This document shows positions 52,956-60,854 of a stretch of 64,000 nucleotides of DNA, one piece after another (the first letter of the stretch is position 1; every line of letters starts with the position of its first letter). The translations under genes and the position numbers were made by a program. The notes beneath the pieces are model-generated. The model searched no databases. It saw only the letters and a program-made list of their open reading frames with translations, and was not told where the DNA came from. Origin of the DNA: Solirubrobacterales bacterium (GTDB lineage: Bacteria > Actinomycetota > Thermoleophilia > Solirubrobacterales > 70-9); contig DASSVR010000025.1 in assembly GCA_035705945.1 (NCBI GenBank), forward strand, positions 11,508 through 75,507, in the 5' to 3' direction.

Positions 52956-53855
52956 TCAGGCTTCGGCGGCCTTGAACCTCGCCCGCCACTCGTCGCGGTC
53001 GAACTGGGCGGGCTCGGTCTCGGCGAGGAAGCGTTCGAGGACGGCGATGAAGCGGCCGGGGCGCTCGAGCTGGGGGATGTGACCGGTGTTCTCGAAGATC
53101 TCGAGGCGGCTGCCGGGGAGCTGCTCGTGGGTGGCACGGCCGTGGTCGGCGGGGATGATCGGGTCGTTCTCGCCCCAGACGATCAGGAGCGGCAGCGCCT
53201 CGGCGAGGTAGAGCTTGTCGAGGGCGGCGACGCGTTGGCCCTCGGTTCCGACCACCGATCGAAGGGTTGCGATGAAGGCCTTGCGGCGGGCCGGGTCGGT
53301 CAGCGTCCCAAACCCGCGCGTCACCTCCTCGAGGTCCGCGTTCGGGCGCAGGCCGGCGAGGCCTAGCCCGCGGCCGATCACCGATCCGATCCGGCTTCCC
53401 ACGTTCGCGGTCGCCGTGATGAACAGCTCCGCTCCGGGCAGCGCCGCCGCCCGCAGCACGGGGCTCACGTCCCGCCCGAGCCCGCCGCTGGAGACGAGCG
53501 CCAGCCGCTCGACCATCTCCGGGAACTGGTAGGTGAACTGCATCGCGACGCCGCCGCCGAGGGAGTGGCCGACGAGGGTCGCCCGGTCGTGCCCGAGGGC
53601 CAGCATCAGATCCCGGAGGGAGCTGGCGAGGGCGCCGAGCGAGTAGTCGCCGCCGCCGGGCGCCGATGCGCCGTGGCCGGGGAAGTCTGGGGCGATCACC
53701 GTGTGGTTGATCGCCAGCGGCTCGATCACCGCTTCCCAGTTGGCACACGTCCCCGCCATCCCGTGGATCAGGAGGAGAACCGGGCCTGAGCCGGCTTCGA
53801 CGAAGTTCATCGGCCGTCCGTGGACATCGATCGTCCTCGACCTCGGCTCGGCCAT
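52956..53855 (-). CDS. Alpha/beta-fold hydrolase
   Basis: HGMAGTC and the nucleophile elbow GHSLGGG are present. The start was chosen at MAEPRS, while the ORF maximum is 53897. Confidence 0.75.
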   Translation of the reverse strand: MAEPRSRTIDVHGRPMNFVEAGSGPVLLLIHGMAGTCANWEAVIEPLAINHTVIAPDFPGHGASAPGGGDYSLGALASSLRDLMLALGHDRATLVGHSLGGGVAMQFTYQFPEMVERLALVSSGGLGRDVSPVLRAAALPGAELFITATANVGSRIGSVIGRGLGLAGLRPNADLEEVTRGFGTLTDPARRKAFIATLRSVVGTEGQRVAALDKLYLAEALPLLIVWGENDPIIPADHGRATHEQLPGSRLEIFENTGHIPQLERPGRFIAVLERFLAETEPAQFDRDEWRARFKAAEA

Positions 53856-53959
53856 GTTCAGCCGCGTCACTTTCCCTGCCACGGGTGGAACGTACACCTC
53901 CTGCCGGTTGCGGTATCCCAGCGGGGCGGATCTTTGACGAATTTCAATACTGTCGCGCT

Positions 53960-54775
53960 GTGAACGAGGCCCAGGGAGGCACCACGCAGGACAAGCGCCC
54001 GCCCCGCGGCGCCCTGATCGTCGTCGCGGTCGGTCTCGTCGCCTGCGTCGTCGCCGCCCTCGCCGCCACCGGCAAGGGAGAGGGCGAAGCGGCCCCGCTC
54101 GAATGGGTGCAGGCGGGCGAGGGACCCGACTCGGGGGTGGTGTCCATCCCGGGCGGCAACGGCGAGATGCGGCTGACCGATACCCGCATCCGCGCCACCG
54201 GCACCAACTTCAGCGGCTACTCGCTGTTCATCGTCGGGACCCGACTCACCGTCTCGGCTGGCTCGTTGATCGCCGACGGCCGCGTCCTCTGCGCCGTCAA
54301 GGCCCGGAAAGGGACCGAAATCGGGCAGAGCGGCGGCGACTTGAGGGGGACCTATCCGCGCTCCTCCGACGCCGGCATCTACAGCCAGGAAGTGCCGGAC
54401 ACCGTGCTGATGCAGTTCAGCGCCCGTGGCGCGGAAATGGCCTCGCTCGAAGTGCCCGACCGGCCGCAGAGCTTCACCACCGAAAAGGGCGTCAAGCTCG
54501 AATGGCCCGAGTACCGGGTCGGCGAAGAGCGCCTCAAGTACCTCATCACCGGGAACCCGAAGCAGGAGCTGGTGCTTCCCTTCTTCACGGTCTGGAAGAC
54601 GACCGACATCCCCTCTGCCAAGCTCAGATGCACGCTTGAAACCAGCGCCGGCACCTCGACCGTGCGCACCGAGGTCGCGCTGGCGAAGCGCTCGCCGCCG
54701 ATCGACGAAGAGGCCGAAGAGCAGAAAGCCCAGGAACGCGACGAACGGGAAGAGGAAGAAGGCGAAGGGGGTTAG
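53960..54775 (+). CDS. Membrane-anchored hypothetical protein with an acidic C-terminal tail
   Basis: ORF 53885..54775 trimmed to the GTG at 53960. There is a single TM helix (ALIVVAVGLVACVVAALAA). The tail is DEEAEEQKAQERDEREEEEGEGG. No family was recognised. Confidence 0.5.
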   Translation: MNEAQGGTTQDKRPPRGALIVVAVGLVACVVAALAATGKGEGEAAPLEWVQAGEGPDSGVVSIPGGNGEMRLTDTRIRATGTNFSGYSLFIVGTRLTVSAGSLIADGRVLCAVKARKGTEIGQSGGDLRGTYPRSSDAGIYSQEVPDTVLMQFSARGAEMASLEVPDRPQSFTTEKGVKLEWPEYRVGEERLKYLITGNPKQELVLPFFTVWKTTDIPSAKLRCTLETSAGTSTVRTEVALAKRSPPIDEEAEEQKAQERDEREEEEGEGG

Positions 54776-55608
54776 GCGTCGAGCGTCGCCTGCGGCGCGA
54801 CCAGCAGCTCCGGCCCCTCCGTCATCCCTTTCCCCACCTTGTTGAGCGCCGGGTTCGCGGGGGCGCTCGACATCCGCCCCGCGTCGAGCGGCCCGCACAT
54901 CGCAACCGCGTCCTCGGCGCTGAGGTCCGGCCGCAGCCACGCCGTCTCCGCCTCGGGGGTCGGCAGGATTGCCGGCATCCGATCGTGGACCGGCGCCACC
55001 ACCTCGTTCGGCGTCGTCGTCACCAGCGTGCAGGTGTAGATGTGGCCGTCGTCATAGCCGCGCTCATCGGGGTCCCCCCACTCCTTGCGGGTGCAGAGGC
55101 CGGCGAAGGCGAACGGCTCGCCCCCGTCGACCTGGAAGTGCCAGGGTTGGCGCGGCTGCTTCGGGTCCTCGGCCTTCATCCACTCGAAGAAGCCGTCGGC
55201 GACGATCAGGCAGCGGTGGCGGAACTTGCCAACCAGCGGACCGTAGGCCCGGCTCTTCATCAGGTTCTCTTTTTTCGCGTTGATCATCCGGTAGCCGACC
55301 TTGAGGTCCTTCGACCAGACCGGGACCAGGCCCCAGCGCATCAGCCGCGCCTCCCGCTCCCCCTGCGCCGCCTCGTCAGGGTCAGGCGAGGCACGCACGA
55401 CGAGTACCTCCTGCGTTGGCGCCACGTTGAAGCGGCCGAAACCGGGCGGACCTTTCTCTTTACCGCCGTCCTCTTTCCCGCCGTCCCGCGCGCTCTCTTT
55501 CGCCGCACCCGCGGCAAGCTTGCGTTCCAGCGCCTTCTCCAGGTCGACCTGAAAGCGGTCGGCGACCTTCTTCGTGTCCTTGGTGGTGACGGTGAAGCGC
55601 CCGCACAT
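54772..55608 (-). CDS. SOS response-associated peptidase (SRAP/YedK-type abasic-site processing protein)
   Basis: The N-terminal catalytic motif MCGRF is present. FNVAPTQ, MRWGLVPVW and NAKKEN motifs are also present. Confidence 0.85.
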   Translation of the reverse strand: MCGRFTVTTKDTKKVADRFQVDLEKALERKLAAGAAKESARDGGKEDGGKEKGPPGFGRFNVAPTQEVLVVRASPDPDEAAQGEREARLMRWGLVPVWSKDLKVGYRMINAKKENLMKSRAYGPLVGKFRHRCLIVADGFFEWMKAEDPKQPRQPWHFQVDGGEPFAFAGLCTRKEWGDPDERGYDDGHIYTCTLVTTTPNEVVAPVHDRMPAILPTPEAETAWLRPDLSAEDAVAMCGPLDAGRMSSAPANPALNKVGKGMTEGPELLVAPQATLDA

Positions 55609-55612
55609 GGGG

Positions 55613-56605
55613 TCAGCCTAGCGGCGAAGCCTCCTGGCCCCTGGGGCGCAGCTTGGGGTGCCCGCGATACCAGTCGAGGGTGCGGATCAGCCCGTCACGC
55701 AGCTCGATCTCGGGCCGCCATCCGGTCTGCTCCCGCAGCTTCGTCGAATCGACGAACTGGCGGTCGATCTCGCCGTCCGGGTTGCCGGTGCCAAGGAATT
55801 CGGGCTCGAGATCGGCTCCTGAGACCTCGACCACCGTTTTCAGCACCTCCGCCACCGAGTAGGGCCGCTCGCCGCCGGCGTTGAAGGCCTCCCCCGCCCC
55901 CGGCCCACCGGCGCCGACGGCGTGCTCGACCGCGAGGTAGGCGGCCACGGCGTCGGCGACGTAGAGGAAGTCCCGTTCGGGGCTGCCGTCGGAGCGGATC
56001 TGGGGGCGGCGGCCGTCGAGGACGGCGGCTATCGCCTCGGGAATCAGGCGCGAGAAATTAGGGTCGCCGCCGCCGTAGATGTTGGCGAAGCGGGTAACCG
56101 CGACCGGCAGCCCGTAGGCGGGGTGGTAGCTGAGGGCGATCGCGTCTGCCGCCGCCTTGCTCGCCTCATACGGAGAGGCCGGCTGCAGGCGCATGTCCTC
56201 GCGGTATGGCAGCTCATCGCTCGGGCCGTAGGCCTTGTCGGAGGAGGCGACGATCACCGCCGAGACGTCGGCGCGGCGGCAGGCCTCAAGCAGGCTCCAG
56301 GTGCCGCGGACGTTGACTTCGAAGGTCTGCGCCGGATCGGCCATCGCCGGGCCGACCAGCGTCTGCGCAGCGAGATGGAAGACGACGTCGAACTCGCCGG
56401 CGGCGATCGCCGCGTCGACCGCGGAGACGTCGCGGAGGTCGATCTGCAGCAGCTCCACCTCCGAGTCGATCCCCTGCAGGGCCAGCCCCGAATGCGGCGG
56501 CGGCGCCAGGTCCAAGACGCTGATCGCGTCGCCTCGTTCCAGCAGCGCCCGCGCCAGGTTCGAGGCCACGAAGCCGTGGCCGCCGGTGACCAGAGACCGC
56601 TTCAT
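55613..56605 (-). CDS. NAD-dependent epimerase/dehydratase (CDP-sugar 4,6-dehydratase candidate)
   Basis: ORF 55613..57124 trimmed to MKRSLVTGGHGFVASNL. YEASK (YxxxK) is present. The ATG overlaps the upstream stop as ATGA. Confidence 0.75.
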   Translation of the reverse strand: MKRSLVTGGHGFVASNLARALLERGDAISVLDLAPPPHSGLALQGIDSEVELLQIDLRDVSAVDAAIAAGEFDVVFHLAAQTLVGPAMADPAQTFEVNVRGTWSLLEACRRADVSAVIVASSDKAYGPSDELPYREDMRLQPASPYEASKAAADAIALSYHPAYGLPVAVTRFANIYGGGDPNFSRLIPEAIAAVLDGRRPQIRSDGSPERDFLYVADAVAAYLAVEHAVGAGGPGAGEAFNAGGERPYSVAEVLKTVVEVSGADLEPEFLGTGNPDGEIDRQFVDSTKLREQTGWRPEIELRDGLIRTLDWYRGHPKLRPRGQEASPLG

Positions 56606-57336
56606 GAAATTTCCGTCGCGGCCGCGTCCCAGATCCGCCAGGGCGCGCGACCGGCCGTCCAGAGATCGTTGAGGACGATCGCGTCCTTGTAGGTGTCCAT
56701 GCAGTCCCAGAAGCCCCCATGGCGGAAGGCGCGCAGCTGCCCTTCGGCGGCCAGGCGCGCCAGCGGCTCCCGCTCGAGCACGCTGCTCTCGCCCAGGTGG
56801 TCGAGGACGCCCGGCTCGAAGCAGAAGAAGCCCCCGTTGATCCAGTGCTCGCTGCGCGGCTTCTCGACGAAGCCGGTCACCTCGTCGCCATCCAGCTCCG
56901 CGACGCCCCACTGCAGGTCGGGGCGGACGACGGTGACGCTGCCAAGCGCACCATGGCCTTCGTGGAACTCCAGCAATGCGTCGAGGTCGACGTCGGCGAC
57001 GCCGTCGGCGTAGGTGGCGCAGAACCGCTCGCCGCCAACTCGCTCGGCCAGCGCCGCCACTCGCCCGCCGGTCGGCGTGTCGAGCCCGGTGTCGACGCAC
57101 TCCACCCGCACTCCATCCGGCCACCGCTCGCGCCCCGCGAATTCCTCGATCGCCTCCCCCATGTAGCCGGTTGCGAGGAGGAAGCGATCGAACCCCTGCG
57201 CGGCGTAGATCTGGATCACATGCCAGAGGATCGGACGCCCGCCGATCTCGACCAGCGCCTTCGGCACCGACTCGGTCCGCTCGCGCAGCCGCGTCCCGCG
57301 ACCGCCGCAGAGGATGACTACCGGAGGTTTCAGCAA
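56602..57336 (-). CDS. rfbF: Glucose-1-phosphate cytidylyltransferase
   Basis: VVILCGGRGTRLRERTESVPKALVEIGGRPILWHVIQ ... GGFWDCMDTYKD ... GRAPWRIW closely follows the RfbF pattern. The only plausible start is TTG at 57336, which overlaps the upstream stop. Confidence 0.8.
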   Translation of the reverse strand: MLKPPVVILCGGRGTRLRERTESVPKALVEIGGRPILWHVIQIYAAQGFDRFLLATGYMGEAIEEFAGRERWPDGVRVECVDTGLDTPTGGRVAALAERVGGERFCATYADGVADVDLDALLEFHEGHGALGSVTVVRPDLQWGVAELDGDEVTGFVEKPRSEHWINGGFFCFEPGVLDHLGESSVLEREPLARLAAEGQLRAFRHGGFWDCMDTYKDAIVLNDLWTAGRAPWRIWDAAATEIS

Positions 57337-57605
57337 CCGCCGGCTACCGCGGGGAGGATCGTTACCTCGTCGCCATCGCTGATCGACGTCTCGAGGCCGT
57401 CTTGGAAGCGGATGTCCTCGCCGGAGACGTAGACGTTGACGAAGCGGCGCAGGTCGCCGTCCTGGGTGATCCGGTCGCGGAGGCCGCCGTGGGCGTCGAA
57501 GACCGCGTCGAGGACCTCGCCGACGGTCGCGCCCTCGACCTCCAGCTCGGCCTGGCCGTCGGTGGCGGCGCGCAGCTGGGTCGGGATCTTCACGGTGACT
57601 GACAT
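57330..57605 (-). CDS. CysO/MoaD/ThiS-family sulfur-carrier protein ending in GG-Cys
   Basis: The 91-aa protein reads MSVTVKIPTQLRAATDGQAELEVEGATVGEVL ... FVNVYVSGEDIRFQDGLETSISDGDEVTILPAVAGGC. This is very similar, from memory, to mycobacterial CysO (...VTILPAVAGG). Confidence 0.8.
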   Translation of the reverse strand: MSVTVKIPTQLRAATDGQAELEVEGATVGEVLDAVFDAHGGLRDRITQDGDLRRFVNVYVSGEDIRFQDGLETSISDGDEVTILPAVAGGC

Positions 57606-57769
57606 TGGCCGCCGATTCTACGACTGAGTGCGCCTGGGGGCGCGCAGGGTCGAGCAGATCGAGGACGCAGGGTGCAGCCCTTGCTGGAGGCAAGGGCAAA
57701 CCCGAGGACGATGAGATGCGAAGGCGATGCGCGTCATCCAGGTGTGCTCAGTCGTGGGATTGGTGGCCA

Positions 57770-59002
57770 CTAGGCGGGTACCTCCTGGCGGAACTCGGCC
57801 TCGAAGCTGTCGAGGCTGGGGTCGATCTCGTGCATCTGGAACGTATCGCGGGTCGCGTCCAGGGTCTTCAGGCCCTCGCCGGTGATGTAGACGACCACCT
57901 TCTCGCCGTCTGCGATCTCCCCACGTTCCGCGAGCTTGCGAAGAACCCCCACGGTGACGCCGCCAGCGGTCTCGGTGAAGATCCCGGTGGTCTCCGCCAG
58001 CAGCTTGATCCCTTCGCGGATCTCGGCATCGGTGACGGCGTCGATGCCGCCGCCGGTACGGCGCGCCTGCTCGACCGCGTAGGGACCATCGGCTGGGTCG
58101 CCGATCGCGAGGCTCTTGGCGATCGTCTCCGGCCGCTGCGGCTTGCAGACTTCCCAGCCTTCGGCGAAGGCGGTCGCCACCGGGCTGCAGCCGTCCGCTT
58201 GGGCGCCGTTGAAGACCGGTTGCGACCCGGAGACGAGCCCGAGGTCGAGCCACTCCTGGAATCCGCGCCCGAGCTTGGTGAAGAGCGAGCCCGAGGCGAT
58301 CGGGCAGACCACCCGGTCCGGCAGCTTCCAGCCCAGCTGCTCGACGGTCTCGTAAGCGAGCGTCTTCGAGCCCTCCGCGTAGTAGGGCCGCAGGTTGACG
58401 TTGACGAATGCCCACGGGCGCGTCTCGGCGAGCTGGGTGCAGAGCCGGTTGACGTCGTCGTAGTTGCCGCGCACGCCGACAAGGTTGGTGCCGTAGACGC
58501 CGGTCGCGAGCAGCTTCTGCTCCTCGAGGTTGGCGGGGACGAAGACGTAGCTCTCGAGGCCGGCCGCGGCGGCGTGGGCGGCAACGGCGTTGGCGAGGTT
58601 GCCGGTCGAGGCGCAGGCGACGGTCTCGAAGCCGAGCTCCTTAGCCTTGGCGATCGCCACGGCGACGACCCGGTCCTTGAAGGAGTGGGTCGGGTTGGCG
58701 GCGTCGTTCTTGATGTGGATCTCGGCGTCGACCCCAAGCCGCTCGGCGAGCCGGTCGGCGCGCAGCAGCGGCGTCAGGCCCGGCTCCAGCGGATCGCCAG
58801 GTCTGCCGGCGAAGGGCAGGAAATCTGCGTATCGCCAGATCCCCTGCGACCCGGCCTGGATCCGCCGCTTCGCCGACGCCGCGTCGAGGTCGCCCAGGTC
58901 GTAGGAGACCTCGAGCGGGCCGAAGCAGTTCTCGCAGACGTAACTGGCGTCCAGCTCGTACGCCGTCCCGCACTCCTTGCACTTCAAGCTCTCAACTGAC
59001 AT
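57770..59002 (-). CDS. Threonine synthase-family PLP enzyme with an N-terminal zinc ribbon (MetM-like candidate)
   Basis: ORF trimmed to MSVESLKCKECGTAYELDASYVCENC. The PLP-lysine motif is NPTHSFKDR. It lies directly downstream of a SAM-I riboswitch. Confidence 0.8.
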   Translation of the reverse strand: MSVESLKCKECGTAYELDASYVCENCFGPLEVSYDLGDLDAASAKRRIQAGSQGIWRYADFLPFAGRPGDPLEPGLTPLLRADRLAERLGVDAEIHIKNDAANPTHSFKDRVVAVAIAKAKELGFETVACASTGNLANAVAAHAAAAGLESYVFVPANLEEQKLLATGVYGTNLVGVRGNYDDVNRLCTQLAETRPWAFVNVNLRPYYAEGSKTLAYETVEQLGWKLPDRVVCPIASGSLFTKLGRGFQEWLDLGLVSGSQPVFNGAQADGCSPVATAFAEGWEVCKPQRPETIAKSLAIGDPADGPYAVEQARRTGGGIDAVTDAEIREGIKLLAETTGIFTETAGGVTVGVLRKLAERGEIADGEKVVVYITGEGLKTLDATRDTFQMHEIDPSLDSFEAEFRQEVPA

Positions 59003-59027
59003 CCGATCCTCTCTTCGACTCTCAACG

Positions 59028-59057
59028 AAAAAACCTCCGCCTTTCGTGGGGCAGAGG
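59028..59057 (-). terminator. Intrinsic terminator (expression platform of the SAM riboswitch)
   Basis: The minus strand reads CCUCUGCC-CCACGAAA-GGCGGAGG followed by UUUUUU. It lies 25 nt upstream of the ATG at 59002. Confidence 0.8.
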
Positions 59058-59073
59058 TCCGATCGGACGTCCC

Positions 59074-59188
59074 CCACATCTTCCAGGCCTTCAACTGCAC
59101 CTGCTGGAGTTGGCACCTGCCTCGAACTTGCGTCCGAGATGGTTGCCGGGGCTTCACTGGGCCAGTCCCTCCACCCCTCTTGATGTGG
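59074..59188 (-). promoter_or_regulatory. SAM-I (S-box) riboswitch aptamer
   Basis: The minus strand reads CCACAUCAAGAGGGGUGGAGGGACUGGCCCAGUGAAGCCCCGGCAACC...GGUGCCAACUCCAGCAG...GAAGAUGUGG. This matches the conserved S-box core, and P1 is CCACAUC/GAUGUGG. Confidence 0.9.
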
Positions 59189-59325
59189 CGCTTATGTGGA
59201 GGGGAAGATACTTGACAAACCGCAAGTTGTCCATCTCCGAGACGCATCGCACACGCTCTTCCGCACGCCCGTCTAACCTAGGCGCACGATGAACCCGCTG
59301 CGCGACGAGACGATGGGCCGAAACG

Positions 59326-60333
59326 ATGCCGAACCTTCCGAAACCGAGGCTGCGGCGGCCTGGCCGGCGCGGCGAGCTCGTCTCTCGGCCGGCGGCGCCT
59401 GAGCCGCAGAAGCCCAACGTCGAGCAGATCGATTCGCACGGACTGCGTTGGGTCAACATCGAGTGGCCGGGATCGCTGGAGCGGAGCTGGCTGGAGGAGC
59501 ACTTCCAGTTCCACGCTCTCGACCTCGAGGACGTGCTCTCGCGCAATCAGCGGCCGAAGATCGACGTCTACGACGACTACCTCTTCATCGTCCTCCACCT
59601 GCCGGTCTTCGACCCCCAGGCAGGTCGGCTCGGGGCGGGCGAGCTCGACGTCTTCGTCGGCCCCGACTACGTGGTGACGATCCCCAACCTGCCGCTGCAG
59701 CCGGTCGAGTACCTGTTCGAGCGTTGCCGGGCCAAAGAGGAGCTGCGCGAACAGCTCTTCTCCCGCGGCTCGGGCTACCTGCTCTACCGCCTAGTCGACG
59801 ACAGCTTCGACTACTGCTTCCCGATGCTGCGCAAGATCGGCAACAAGCTCGACGCGCTCGAGGACGACATCTTCGAAGAGCGCGCCGAGGAGGTGGTCCG
59901 CGACATCTCCAACGTCAAGCAGGAGATCATCAACTTCCGCAAGGTGATCCGGCCGCAGCGGCCGGTGCTGCGCGACCTCGAGAAGGTGAAGCAGCGCTAC
60001 CTCGCCTCCGACCTCGACCTCGAGATCTACTTCGACGACATCGTCGACGCACACGAGCGGATCTGGGACATGCTCGAGAACTACAAGGAGGTCGCCCAGG
60101 CGCTCGAGGAGACCAACGAGTCGCTGATCTCCCACCGCCTCAACGACATCCTCCGCGCGCTGACGGCGATGAGCGTGATCATCCTGCCGCTCACCCTGAT
60201 CGCCAGTGTGATGGGGATGAACACCTGGGTGCCGGACGAGGGCGAGGAGACCGGGTTCTTCGTCGTCCTCGGGGTGATGGCGCTGGTGCTGTTCGGGCTC
60301 GTTGCCTACTTCCGCAGGCGCCGCTGGCTCTGA
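59326..60333 (+). CDS. corA: Magnesium/cobalt transporter CorA
   Basis: The GMN motif lies in SVMGMNTWVP, flanked by two C-terminal TM helices. Confidence 0.9.
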   Translation: MPNLPKPRLRRPGRRGELVSRPAAPEPQKPNVEQIDSHGLRWVNIEWPGSLERSWLEEHFQFHALDLEDVLSRNQRPKIDVYDDYLFIVLHLPVFDPQAGRLGAGELDVFVGPDYVVTIPNLPLQPVEYLFERCRAKEELREQLFSRGSGYLLYRLVDDSFDYCFPMLRKIGNKLDALEDDIFEERAEEVVRDISNVKQEIINFRKVIRPQRPVLRDLEKVKQRYLASDLDLEIYFDDIVDAHERIWDMLENYKEVAQALEETNESLISHRLNDILRALTAMSVIILPLTLIASVMGMNTWVPDEGEETGFFVVLGVMALVLFGLVAYFRRRRWL

Positions 60334-60365
60334 GCGCTCAGCCCGCTCAATAGGATGGGCGGCCC

Positions 60366-60854
60366 GTGGCAAATTTCCGCATCTGGGCGCCCTGGCGCCT
60401 CGCCTACGTGAAGGACGCATCGAAGGACATCGAGGAGGAGTGCATCTTCTGCGCCAAGCCGGCGGCGGAAGACGACGAGACGAGCCTGATCGTCCACCGC
60501 GGCGAGCGCAGCTTCGTGATCCTCAACCTCTTCCCCTACACGAACGGCCACTTGATGGTGGCCCCCTACGAGCACACGGCGCGTCTGCAGGACCTCCCGG
60601 CGGAGACGGTGGCGGAGATGATGGCGCTGGCACAGCGGGCGATGGACCGCCTCGAGCAGGTTTACGAGCCGCACGGCTACAACGTCGGCTTCAACCAGGG
60701 CCGCGTCGCCGGCGCCGGGGTCGAGCACCACATCCACATGCACGTCGTGCCGCGCTGGGCCGGGGACAACAACTTCATGCCGGTGATCGCCGACACGAAA
60801 GTGATGCCGCAGTCGATCGAGCAGAGCTACCAGGCACTGAAGGGAGCTTTTTGA
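60366..60854 (+). CDS. HIT-family (histidine triad) nucleotide hydrolase/transferase
   Basis: The histidine triad is VEHHIHMHVVPRW. Confidence 0.85.
   Translation: MANFRIWAPWRLAYVKDASKDIEEECIFCAKPAAEDDETSLIVHRGERSFVILNLFPYTNGHLMVAPYEHTARLQDLPAETVAEMMALAQRAMDRLEQVYEPHGYNVGFNQGRVAGAGVEHHIHMHVVPRWAGDNNFMPVIADTKVMPQSIEQSYQALKGAF

Noticed and set aside
52828-57700. The region downstream of tRNA-Arg was considered as a possible genomic island.
   Set aside because: No integrase, no direct repeat of the tRNA 3' end and no compositional shift were noticed. The gene content (hydrolase, SRAP, sugar-nucleotide enzymes) is ordinary.
59190-59325. A possible Mg2+ (M-box) riboswitch upstream of corA was considered.
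   Set aside because: The corA upstream region is only about 135 nt after subtracting the divergent SAM riboswitch. It shows none of the conserved M-box segments I can recall.
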